64,000 nucleotides of DNA, taken from NCBI RefSeq assembly GCF_963853765.1, contig NC_088857.1, positions 41,044,001-41,108,000 of the forward strand, given 5' to 3'. Source of the stretch: Magallana gigas. Its lineage: Eukaryota. Made by a program: the position numbers and the translations under genes. The notes beneath the pieces were generated by a model. The model saw only the letters and a program-made list of their open reading frames with translations, made no database searches and was not told the DNA's origin. Shown here one piece after another: positions 10,582-23,372 of this stretch; the stretch's first letter is position 1; every line of letters begins with the position of its first letter.

Positions 10582-12939
10582 CTTTTGAAATCGCGTCACG
10601 AGAGACGTTCGGTGAACATGTATTATCGAATGTAAACTGAATCAAAATAAAAATAAAAACTGTTCATAACTCATATATATATACTGCTCTGACAACGACA
10701 GTGAAACGTTTTTTTTTTCAATCACTATACATTATGAGAACTAAAACTTAAGAGTTTATGGCCTAAAATCAAGAGGTGGAATCGAAATGTTTTTTGTAAA
10801 GACAGAAACCAATACCGGTTTTTTAGGTCAATTCAATTGTTAAACGCAATAGATCCTTTACATAGCAGAATTATCATATCTACTAGGCCTAGATTTGATA
10901 GATATAACTGTATTAGCTTCAACTGAAAATTTAATGATTTGGCCCTTTTGAAAGCACATTTAATTAACTAATTTTCTTGGTTTAAACAAAACGTAAATTT
11001 TCGCGTATGCAAAATTTTCATCGGTCAAATAAATTCGTTGCGGAATTTTGCAATGAAACGCGAGGCAAGCTTTCGGGTTGTAAACGCTAAATTTTACACA
11101 AAATGTTTGAGATTAGACGCAAAACCATTGCATAGAGAGCACATATACATTGTATACAGCTCCAAAATCCTACGATTTTTCAGTTGTCTATTTCCTTACT
11201 TCATCTCTCGGTGGTTATTCAAGTTTTCCTCAACCCTAGTCAATATTTACATAATATATTTTTATTTTATATTGTTATATTTTATTACATCTATATTAAT
11301 ACATTATATTATTATTCTAGCAGCAGCTAGTCTACCTAACCCTCCTACGGCTACACTCGTAACTTAGTGAGGGGCCCACGTGTTGTTTTATTAGACCGTG
11401 CATGGTAAACAACATTTATGTGGCGGTGCATGGTTTTGTTAATACTTTGCTGCTCTGTTACAGATTTTAATTAAAGAAACATATTCAGATTTGTAGATGC
11501 GCTACATATGCATGTATTGCTTGAGGAAATAATCGCTATATTCATTCGCAATTAAAACTACGATATAAATTATTATGAATTTCCCCTGTTGTTGTTTTGT
11601 TTCTTGTTTTCTGAATTTATTACATAGACTATGATATGTCATTTTATAATCAGTTTAAAGGTTTTGAAGATTTTCAAAGCTGTTCATGCAAGTATATTTC
11701 AGGAGAAAAGACGGTGAATAAATCTCTGTTCGAGCACAACACAAGCTAGATTCGTCGGAAGAAGTTTTTTTTCCTTGTTTTATTTCTATTGTTACAGATA
11801 CAATAGTTCTATATATAAAGACAAACACACCAACAAGACAGAACACAAACTTTCACTCTCTCACTCATTCTAAACGTACATTTATGAATGTCATAATTTC
11901 TATGCATCAATATATATGTTGATATAAATATATGTGTAATGTTCATCACATGTATAACAAATAACTATATGGGGATGATTAAAAAGAATTAAACATTAAA
12001 AGTGATACTATTTGAAAGATTCTTTGGATAATCAGATCCTTGCAAAAGCTTTATTTACTTAAATGCGTTGTAATTGATATTTAAAATTCTTTTTGTAAAA
12101 TTTTATCGAATTCAATTTATACTATGAGATAAAACACGAAGAAAAAAGTATCATATAGCATTTGATTGAAGTCGCGAATCCAAACATATATTAATCAGCC
12201 GATAGTGGAAAATACTTTTACAGGAATAGTATATAATATCGTAAAGAATTAACTTATGGCTCTCAAATGATATCATTAAAATGATTAAAAGTATATTTCT
12301 TTGAAGAGAGTTCTTCTCTAAATATTTTTTTCCAAAGAAGAAATAAAAAGAAAGAACCAAAAAACTTAAAAGCCGATTACAGCTATGAGAAACTTACATA
12401 ATGCCTAAAAATAATCGTTTTCTTGAAAGCGTTGTCAGTTTAATTCATCCAATCTAATTAGAATTAGGCGTTCTGAATCCGCTACCGCTGATGTTGGAAA
12501 ATTTTAAATTAGATTGTCAGTAATATTCACCATAATATGACGCATTGTACCGCACAAGTTTTGCATTCATTAGCTCAAAGATTTGCGTAAATAATCAAGC
12601 GAAAGTTTCACGTTTGGTCATTTGGCTTTTGTATCACAAAAAAAAATCAGTAATATTTGGGAAAAATATTTCCCTAAAGAATTAAACTGTTGCGTCTCTG
12701 CGAGCGATGCATAAATGTATGTCTCGATAAATAAAATATCATCGATATTTAAAATCAACCAAACAAACAAAACACTGAGCTTATAAAAATATTTTTAATG
12801 TTTATATAATAAAACAATGTCTCACTTGGATACAGTAGCATAGTTGATACATAATCTCTGATAATCCTTCTAAATCCCTCTTTTGCGGATTTAAGTGTCA
12901 CCTACTTCTTGACTACCACGTGATATTGTGGTTACGGTT

Positions 12940-13200
12940 TGGCAACGTGCCCGAAGTAACGGTACGTGTAATCGGTTTTCATTGGACATTACACTGATCG
13001 AGTAGTTTCGTATAAAAATAAAACGAAGTTTTGAAAAATGGCCCTTTCTTAGAGTAAAGAATTAATCTTATAAAGGTTGAATATTAAGTTGAATACGTAT
13101 GACATTTTTGTTTTTGGAAAATTTTTGAGAATCACTCTTCGTTAGATAAAATGAGCCAATGAAATTCGTTGTAACATCAAGTTTGGCAAAAGACCGCGAA
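12940..13200 (+). promoter_or_regulatory. Putative PKMYT1 promoter
   Basis: CpG-containing patch with ATTGG (12981) and CCAAT (13156) boxes and a TTTGAA CHR-like site (13030) upstream of the first coding exon, as expected for a G2/M gene. TSS not determined. Confidence 0.3.
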
Positions 13201-13349
13201 AAGAATTACTGCTCCATTGAGAATTGTTTTTGTTTACAGTTCAATATACAAAGGATTAGGCTCTGAAACTATTTATATAAGTGTGTATGGTAGTACTTTC
13301 ATGCCTATGTGTTCCATTTATGAAATGGGTTGAGGAAATGTGAAACGAA

Positions 13350-16300
13350 ATGATGGATGTGTACCCAAGTCCAAGACCAACCCCCAAATTCTTTCAAGAA
13401 GTCCAAACATTTTCAACCAAAAAGGTACGAGTTCATGTCGATGTCAGTATTTTCCATAATGCACGGTGAAACCGCACACCATATATGATTTCTACATTAA
13501 ATTTAGACACAAGGTTGAACATATTGCTGATAGGCATTTTAACCGCCTCCCTCTCTCAGGCACCTGAAATTTATTTCAGGTGCCTGTGCTCTCTCCTCCT
13601 AGTCTCATACAGGCAACTTTTACCTTGAGGGGATCAGAGTATTCACCCAGTGGCCCCTTTAACATATCTTTTGTAGGATTGTGCCCTTTTGCAATTGCAG
13701 GGAAAACTTGGTTTGACTAAGTTGAAATTGTGTTCAATTAGCAATGTTTTCACCAAACCAAACCAGTTTTATGAATTTGCTCTACAAAAAAGCATGCAGT
13801 GGCACACTTTTTATAACAGGTTGCGATTAATCACCCAAATGGGATACAATATCCCAAATGGGATATATATTGGAAGTTCAAAAATAAGAAATTTTTTGCT
13901 AAATATAACGGTAAAAAAATGGTAAATCTGCATTAGAATAGATAAAATTGAAAAGGCTTTGGGTAAACAACTTTTTCTGTAATCGTTTTATTACTCGGAT
14001 TGATACCTCAGTATATCCAAAACTTCTTGAGGATCATCTTACAAACATTAACTGTTGGCTTATATGAGAACTTGCTGACCAAATGATGTTGCAATTAATA
14101 TACAGAATGTAGATATATATAAAAAATTACCATATCAAAAATTTTTATTATTTTTTACACTCTAACTTTATATCCCAAAGTGAAACGGGCTCTAAGTATT
14201 ATACTCCATTTGGGCGATTGGTCCCAATCTACATAAAGGGGTCCATTGCATTTTCCTTTAATGTGAAAGTCATTTCTTCCTGGTTTCAAATGCAACCTTG
14301 ATTTGTCAAATGTGTATTTTTACCTTTCAATTACACTATAAGGAATCTCAGCAAAGGAACCATTAATGATTACACTCGTATAAAATAACAAACATATCTT
14401 GTATGTTATGGATTTGACAATTGGATAAAGCAGGGATTCAGATAAAATTTTTGATTTAAGGGGAATTGGTACTGTTTGATATTTGTAAACACACCAGAGA
14501 ATAATATTCATTTGAAACTAGCATAGTTGGATTTGCCTATTGATTATTGATTGATTACTATGGTATACTAAGATGAAGCATAATCTACATTAGGACATCA
14601 TATTAAATATCAGTATGATGTACTGATGTAAAACGTAAAGGTTTTCTGTAAATGTGCTATGAAAAATCTCTTCATGCCTGTTAAGGCAATATACAGTACA
14701 TTTACGACAGGCATAGAAATGTTTGAAAAAAAATGATAAAAAGCAGTTTTCCCTTCATTTACATATGTTATCAACATCATTGGATGGGAAATTGAATCAA
14801 AATCTAAGGAAAGCAAACCCAAATAAAAAAAAAAGTCAATGTATGTACACATATATTCAAACGTAATTACTCCTTCACAGGCCCGTTCCACTCCTAAGAA
14901 TTGTGGTCCACCCAGACCCCCAGTGAAAAGTGCACCACCAGTCAGTCGTATCTTCCCACATCGACCAATTGAGAGGGCTCAGGTTGTGTCATTCCGCAGC
15001 GATGAAGGCAGCAGATGTATCCTTTATCTTTATGAGCAAAAGTTAAGGATGTTATATCATTATGGGAGTGACTTGTCTAGTTGTTCAGCTTATGTCCAAA
15101 ACACATCCAAAACTCTGAAGTGTGCTATGACATTTAAGCTATACAAGGGAATGGTACCTTAACCCACCCAATTAAGAAAAATAGCCTTGAAAATAGCACA
15201 AATGAAAATTATCTTCTTGACTTTGTAAAATGAAAATTTTATTACTATAATTTCAAAGTTTAAGAATAGGTAAGTATTTAGTCCTCTTGTGTAAAGTTCA
15301 GTACTAAGCAAATTATTTCATAGCTGACCATTTCTTTGCAGCCAACTAAGGACTTTTATTCTCAAAATAGGGAAAAATAATGTTTTTGGCAGTAAAAATG
15401 CGATGTACTTTTAAAATGATATTAAAAAAACTCATGTGTTTTGTCACTATTGATGTTTTACCTACTTATGAATTTAATAAATGTTATCGTCAAATTCAAC
15501 CTTCTTTAACTTGTGGGCAGCATTTTTAGAAAACCAGTACAACAGTCAAAGTAACCATTTGTACTTTGAACAAGGTTTTAAAGTGATCAGTCGTCTAGGT
15601 GCTGGGTCATTTGGAGAGGTAAATATTAAGTTATCAACGTTTGATAAAGACTTAATGATAAAAATGAAGAATGTTAAATATGCTTGCAGTGAATAACATT
15701 ACTTTGTAAAATGTTGTATTCCTTGCCCTGTATTGCACATTGTAGCTCAGTGGTCAGATTTTATTATCATGAAAGGTTTCAAATGCAGATGTAGAATAGA
15801 CACAGATGACAGCCATGTTAATTTGAGTTACATGTCTTTTGTCTTTTGAATGTAATAATTCTGCATTGGATATAGTTTTAAAATTTTAAACCACATTACT
15901 TTAAGACAGTAATACAAAATAGTAATGATATAATTTTGTGTTTAGAACACAATACTACTTCAACTTGTTTGATAAGCTCATGATATAAATCATTGGCTTT
16001 TAGGTCTTTAAAGTACAGAGCAAAGAAGATGGAAAACTCTATGCAATAAAAAAGTCAAGAGATCCTTTCAGGGGAGAATCAGACAGGTGAGTGAGGTTTA
16101 TTTTTTCTTCAAGAAAACTGTAAAAATGTCAGCCACATACATGAGTAGATTAAAGATTAGTGTCATTTCTTGCCCTGAATAGGAAAAGAAAGTTTGAAGA
16201 AGTTGCAAAGTATGAAACTTTACCACCACACCCAAACTGTGTTCACTTCTACCGAGCCTGGGAAGAACGTCAGTTCTTGTATATCCAGACTGAGCTTTGT

Positions 16301-19300
16301 AAGCTGAGGTTAGTGTGCTACATTGGGTAAATGTACATTCTAAATGACTGAAAGAGAATTATTGAACCTCATTGGGGACCAGTATTATATTATTGACATT
16401 TTTTGTAACATTACACACAAGTTCATCTCTTGATAAACTTTATTTTATATATGCACATGCTATTTATGATAAAAGAATATAAAATGAAAATGTCTGTGAT
16501 GAAATGATGTGTCTGTCGACCAGTGTAAGGCAATTTACCAAAGGTTAGCCTTTAACCTGATTACATAGTATTCATTTTAGTAGGAAAAATAGTTTTATAC
16601 CTCAGACATTTTATTTGGATGTGAAAAAATAGTTGAACTCTGATTCAATTCCTCTTGTGATTTTGTAGCTTGACAGACTACACAGAACAGAACCATGACT
16701 TGTCAGAGGCAACCATAGCAAATTATTTGGTTGATCTGCTTATGGTGAGAAAAGATTTTTGTGTTTCTTTTTCTTCATTATGTTGAATCTGCTTGAAAAT
16801 GATATTCTGTACTTGATTAAAGTAATATTACATTACACTTGTGTCCCTGTCCCATTAGAGGGAAAACCTTGTTTTATCAAGTTCAAGAACCTATTCTGCT
16901 AAGCCTTAATACATGTACATGGTTTAAAATTAGCAACAATTCTCTTTCAGGCATTGAAACATTTGCATGACCACAACCTTGTCCATATGGACATCAAACC
17001 AGATAACATATTTATTTCCTTTGATGACATATGCAAGCTTGGAGACTTCGGATTAGTGTTGGACCTCACAAAGGTATGAAAAAAAAAATATGGATTTTCT
17101 GATGTTCTTTATATTTAAAAGCTGTTAGATCTGATTGTATATCATTTTCTATGGATGTTATAAAACTGGTTATATTTCAGAGCAACGATGTATCTGATGC
17201 ACAAGAGGGAGATCCCAAATACCTGTCCCCGGAATTAATGGATGGCAAGTTTGGTAAACCTGCTGATATATTTAGGTAATTACAATACACAGATATTACA
17301 AGATTAGTATAATCGCAAAACTAGCATGAGAAAATACACTTTTCCTGATATAGCTATGCGTTGAGTGATGACACTATTTTTTGTAACATTTAAACAGGTC
17401 ATATTACAGGTTGCAGTTTAAAAAGAGAAGTGTTTTAATTGGCTGATTTAGTACACGCATTATTTTGTTGTAGCATATTCCTAGGAATTCACAACAGATG
17501 CTGACAATAAATATTACATAAATTGCATTTTATTGAACATCATTTGATCAATGCGCCAATCAGAATCTTTCTTGCAAATCGCAATTGTAATACACACGGA
17601 TTAGAAAGTGTCTTCGCTCAACTCAATGCTGTATCCTCTGTAGTGTATACTCTCATGTGTGATTTGTGATGAAAAATTATTTTGATGACAAAAATTGACT
17701 TTATCTGAAGTTTGCAATGGTTATGAGTACTTTTAATGAATTCAATTTTATTGTTGTTGCAGTCTTGGTATGACTATATTGGAGTTAGCAAGTGACCTTG
17801 ACCTTCCAAGGGGAGGAGATGGGTGGCATATGCTACGCTCTGGCAAGTTACCAGAAGAATTTTTGAGAGGTAAGTCACAATAATATTTCATGTTTGATTA
17901 CATGTAATGAGCATTTAAGTGTTAATTAAAAATCTTTCAGGAATATCAATACACATGTTAAATGTATATCATTTTAAATGTATTATTTATTGAAGTTTTA
18001 TGACCTTACTTGTTTGATTATGTTTTAGACAAGTCGTTTGACTTGAAGTATGTGATACAACAAATGTTAGACCCTGACCCAGGAAGTCGCCCTACAGTGG
18101 ACCAAGTGTTAGCATTTCCATATGTTAGAAAAGTAAGTGCTATTCATTGAGATGGTCTCTACAAATTTAATCGAGATTGATTATGTACTGTAAAGATTGA
18201 AAAATGGGAAAATCATTATATTAGTTTGTTTTCATTCTGTCTTGCACATTGTCACATGTAACACATTTGATTGTGCAAAATTAGTTTCTTTTGGATTATC
18301 ATTAATTGATTATGATTAATTGAAGGTTTGGAAGAGGAGACGGCGAGAATACATGTACAAACGAGCAGTAAGTGATGATTTATCAAAAGTCAATGCTCAG
18401 AAAAACAACAATTCTGCTATTGTTCATTTTAATGTCATTTATCATATGAATTATGTTAATTTGATTGCCTTGTAGTCCAAATTTGTCAGTAAAATTTAGA
18501 TTTTGAAAATTATTTTTTAAAGATTCATATGTAACTGTATGTCATGCCTTTGTAGGTCAGTGCTGTATCAGCCATGCTCCACAGTATCTTAACCTTCCTG
18601 TTCCTTCTGACCAGTGTGTTCACGCCCAGCTATTGGAGAGGCTCGAGACTGAGTGTGGGCTCCAGCAGCAAACTCAGTAGTAGCTTCAGCAATCACAGCT
18701 CCAGTGGACTGGATCACAGTATTTCTGATGGTAAGTGCTGCACACCTCAAATGCATTGGAAACTGATAAGCGTGATCATGTGTATTTTATCATTGTTATC
18801 AGTAATGCCATATATTGGAAAGATTGCATATGTTGTTCTACAGCCTGTCTCTAATTTACAAAGACCTCAATTTTTATTATCATTATCTGAATGCTTACCG
18901 TAAACTTTGATGTGCATATGATGTGTGTTAAGATTATTATTTGCAAAAAGTACGAATGTTAAACTGTTGTTTTGAATAAATGATTATTTTAGTAGAATTA
19001 TTGAGTAAGCATTGATTTCAATTTTAAATGGAACTGAGGTTAGGAAACACTGCATTATATTGTAAGATTGATTACTGGTATTTTTTGACAGATGAATGTT
19101 TTGATGATGACATAAGTATACACAACAACTCCTTGGGATCACCACTGGACAGCTCTTCTGGAGATAGCTTCAGTGAATTTATTGTTCCCTGGTAAGTGCT
19201 CAAGTGAAAATCAGGGAGGCATCAAGAATAAAAATTAGTTTTTACTTTTTGTGGGTTTTTTTCTGCAACTGTTAAATTTTTATATACATACATGTAAAGT

Positions 19301-20623
19301 CAATAGATATTGTAACTAATGTAATATAATCTTTTTATACACATACATGTAAAGTCAATAGATATTGTAACTAATGTAATATAATCTTGGCTACAGTAAG
19401 CCACCTCCAAGACGAGCCTTTACATCTCCAGTGTCCAGACAACGACCCTTGCACTACATCAGTCCCCCTATGAGTTCTTCCCCGGTGCACCTCAAGTTAA
19501 GGTACTGTTTCACTTGTATACACCACATTCCTATAACATTTGTGATCAACGCATCAATAATTTATGTTGCGGAGTTACACAAACTTTAAGAAATATTAAA
19601 ATGAAACAAAATGTACTGAGATTTTTAACAAAAATAAAGAAGAAAGTACATGTAAGGCCATTGTCTATCTCCCTGATATGGGTTTTAAAAGAGAATAAAT
19701 AATTATCGATTAACTAATCAAGTAAGGAAGGTAAACAGGTCTGTCATCAAGGTAATAAAAATTCTAGCCTAAACAAAAGGTACTTTGACTGATGGAATAA
19801 CTACCTGTAATCAAGTGATGTTCTGAAAGCACACTTAGAGTCACTCTAAATTGAAAAAATACAACTTTAAATAATTGATTGACTTTCTTCATTGTATTAA
19901 GTCTTTTAGAAAAATGTCCTGTACATGTGTAGGTTTCCTTAAAACCTTAAATAATTTAGTCTGCTTCAATACATATACATGTTCATTATTCTTTGTCGCA
20001 TAGAAAACCAGATACTCCGAACTCTAGCTTTGAGAGCAGTTTTGAGGATGAGAGATCTGTCACTCCTACATTCAACAGCAGCAACAACTTGGTGGACGGG
20101 GGAGAGGAAACCACAAAAGTCAGCATCGAGCCCAAGAACCTCATGGATGTAAGAAGCTATGAAATACTTTTCAGTGCAAATTTATAAGAAATTGTTAGCA
20201 AACTTTTATACACACTGATGTTGAGAAATATTTTGTTTCAATGTATAGCTTGCTATAACAAGGGTTGTCAGTCGGTAATCAGTGGTTGATATGAGTTCAT
20301 AGGTACTCTGTAAAATAACCAAAACAAATTGAAATAATTCTTTGTCGTTGTTTATGGATTTGTTGCATACATCATACTGTAATTGGGATAACCTGTAATA
20401 GCTGTAGTTTAAAATTCCTATCCTATTAGAAAGGTATCATGACACCTGTAAACTACAGTTTGCCCTGTTTAATATTCATAAAAATGACAAATCACTTTCA
20501 CTACTCCAAAGTACCTAAAATCAGGGTGCAGTGTAAAGAGAGTCTTTTGTAGTAAAATGTAAATAATATGATGGATTTAATTTCTGTTTTCAGATGTTTG
20601 ATGCCACAAGTGATGAAGACTAG
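13350..20623 (+). CDS. PKMYT1: Membrane-associated tyrosine/threonine Cdk1-inhibitory kinase Myt1, 16 exons, about 539 aa
   Basis: Exons 13350-13424, 14881-15016, 15521-15618, 16004-16086, 16183-16308, 16669-16744, 16951-17073, 17181-17275, 17763-17869, 18029-18132, 18326-18367, 18556-18730, 19092-19191, 19397-19501, 20004-20148, 20594-20623; total 1620 nt, in phase. Motifs: PRPTPKFF..FSTKK, PPRPPVKSAPPVSRIFP, LGAGSFGEV, HMDIKPDNIF, KLGDFGL, EGDPKYLSPE, a post-kinase hydrophobic segment, and C-terminal EPKNLMDMF. Confidence 0.95.
15017..15520 (+). other. U12-type (minor spliceosome) GT-AG intron, PKMYT1 intron 2
   Basis: 5' splice site GTATCCTTT; branch site TTCTTTAAC at 15502-15510, 10 nt before the AG; no polypyrimidine tract. 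Required to join exon 2 and exon 3 in frame. Confidence 0.85.
19277..19386. repeat. 55-bp tandem duplication in PKMYT1 intron 13
   Basis: Two near-identical copies (19277-19331, 19332-19386; one mismatch) ending 10 nt before the acceptor. Confidence 0.9.
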
Positions 20624-22302
20624 GAAGGTTGCTAAAAGTACATGTAAATGTATGAAGAATTCCACAAGTGTACACTGTAGCAAATTTGTTTCAGCCTTCA
20701 GTGTCTGTGTTTTATATACTGTATGTGTTCAACCAGCACAAACTGCCTTAAACTTTTCACCTAGTTGTGTTCAAGGAAATGATGTGAAACAGTGGAAGAA
20801 TGGGATGAATGGGAAAGCAAACACTGTATTAGTGCTTTAATATACTGTATCTGTTTTATGTTTTCTTTAAATATTATTTTAGGAACCACAAGACTTGTGT
20901 GTAAAAAAAATATTTCCATGTATTTTGTTTCTAATGTAATAATTTATTTTTGAAAAATCATGGCCACTTCTCATTTTCCAGAACTTCCAAGAAAATAGGG
21001 GTTTAATTATTGATGTATTATTTCGTACATGCAAAGTTCTGAAGAGAATCATCAGATATGGAAATTCTTGCCAATTCCATTATTTCACCAAGTATTATTA
21101 AGATCACATAGTTCATTTCACAAATATCATGTACTGATATTATAAACCATGCTGCCATACACGATCTACACTCAGGCTAACCCCAACAGGTGCTTGGATA
21201 GGTATCAAGTTTTATTCATTGGGCCACCAATTGTGTTTCAATCTTTTTGCTGCATAAACACCAGTGCAAAACCTACTTAAAACTACAACAGATGTGTTTT
21301 GTTTGGAAATTGCTTGGAAAGAATGTAGAAAAGTATTTGTTCATCTTAAGTTTTTTGTTTGTAATCTTTTTTAAATGTAAATTAATTACGGAGATGGGAA
21401 CTAACAAAATGTGAATAATTCTGTTGAAGAAATGTCTGTTCAAACTGAACATAAGAAAATGTGCTTTGTTATCATTTACATAATTTGTTGCTTCTGTTAT
21501 TTTTTGTTACTCTGTCTTGACTATGAGTTGGATTATCACAAGATATGTCTAACGTGACTAGTTTTGTTAATTGTCCTGCAAATCCACTGCGTGTTTGTGT
21601 AATATGTTTTGCCATTTGCATAGCTTTTGTAAGTTTATGAACTTTTATTAAATCTATTCCTTTTGGAATTATTGTCAAAAAATTTTGTAAGTTACATCTG
21701 TTTTATTTTTTCAAAGTCCAAGTTGTCACAAAAATGATTTACAGTATAAACTCGAGGTCACTGATATTTGACCACTTTAAATTATGCAAAAATGACCTTT
21801 TGTACTCAGTGCTTTTAGGGTGGAATAAAGCCTATACACCAGCAAAATTTTGGTTTTTTTTTTACTTGCATTAATGAAGGTACTTAACGAGACAATATTT
21901 GCAATCAGTATATATTTCCGGTTATATTTGCATTGGAATCTGCAACTTTCAATTTCCCATGAATACACTTGGGTAATTCATGCGCCATGAGCACAAATAT
22001 AGAGGTCGCACGTGTTTTGAGTATATTTATTATTGGAAGATTTACTGAAACGTTCAAACATACATAAGTAATAACTGTAATTCGATATGTACTAATGAAA
22101 AGTAATCGTTAAATCATATCTATTGGTCAATAAAAAGATTTTTAGATAAAGTTTCTAGTACTATATTTTTAGTTGCGAAGGGCAAACTAAATAACATGTT
22201 AATAGGGCTGTTCCATGTATGTTTCATATCCCTGACTAAGAGTGTATATAATGGCTTTGAAGCGATGATACACAAATAGTTCATACCAACAGATGCACAT
22301 CA

Positions 22303-22487
22303 GTTTGAATATAAATATAGCCATTGAATGCTTATTTTTGGATGTCGTCGGTCCTATAACACCAAGCAGTGCAGACAAATAATACCACGCCAACGCGTAG
22401 TAGTCAATTTGTCTGCCCCGCTTGGTGTGTTATAGGACGGACGACATCCAAAGATAAGCATTCAATGCTCAATTGTGATATTCAAAC
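22303..22487. repeat. Long inverted repeat (about 80-bp arms, 26-nt loop), probable MITE remnant
   Basis: 22322-22380 CATTGAATGCTTATTTTTGGATGTCGTCGGTCCTATAACACCAAGCAGTGCAGACAAAT pairs with 22407-22467; the arms extend to GTTTGAATAT/ATATTCAAAC. No TSD seen. Confidence 0.8.
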
Positions 22488-23272
22488 CTATGATTTACCA
22501 AATATCAAATTTTTACACGTTTTCCATATATTTTATATGAAAAGATCAACTTTTAAAATATTGTGATGTTCAGAAGTAAATAAATCTGGTAAAAAAGGAA
22601 AAAAGTAGTATTACATGTATTCATTGGCCCAACTTATAAATACTGAGTTTTCCATCTGCTTCATAGTCATACAAGTGCAGGGGAATGTAAATACTGTACA
22701 TGTACTGCAGAGTGGCATATACATGTAGCATAAGCAAGTGACATCTCCTAAAACTGATGCCTTCAAGAACTAGTATGTATTTATTTATTAAGATACACTC
22801 TCTATAAATGAATATTTCTATCTACAGACATCAAAGAACTTCAAATTCCAATTCTTTCCTCAGTGTGTCAATGCCACTGTTTAGATGGCATTCGCATGAC
22901 ACGCATCAATTTAAAAAAAGACAACTCTGTTTACATATGCAATTCTTGATGAGTTTTAACAACTTTTTAAAATTACATGTAGGTGATTATTTAGAGTGTG
23001 GGAAACCTCCTGTGTGATTAAATTTGTTTTAATTTCCGTTGTCATAATTAAGGAAAATATCTTTTTTGAGTAAATTTGTTAATTTCATGATGGCCATAGA
23101 TGAGTTCTGACTTCATGAGGTAGAGAATATAGCCATAGAGTTCATATAATTAATGTTTTTAAAAACCTTGTTTTGTTTTGCTGCTGAATTTGAATGCAAG
23201 ATGAATACACATTTTATTAAGAGAAGAGTTGGGATATCATGATAGCAAGAGTTCTGTCCTCATGTGGGCTAC

Positions 23273-23372
23273 CATCTTCGCTAGCCAAGGGTTTTCGGTC
23301 CACTTTGCTCCCCATAAACCCAAGGGTTTATGGAGAGCAAAGTGGACCGAAAACCCTTGGCTAGCGAAGATG
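23273..23372. mobile_element. 100-bp hairpin micro-MITE with 9-bp TSD
   Basis: 49-bp arms starting CATCTTCGCTAGCCAAGGG, one mismatch, 2-nt loop; GTGGGCTAC duplicated at 23264-23272 and 23373-23381. Confidence 0.92.

Noticed and set aside
16491-16565. C/D snoRNA-like GTGATGA...CTGA in PKMYT1 intron 5
   Set aside because: Only a 3-bp terminal stem, no convincing C'/D' boxes and no rRNA/snRNA complement I could recognise.
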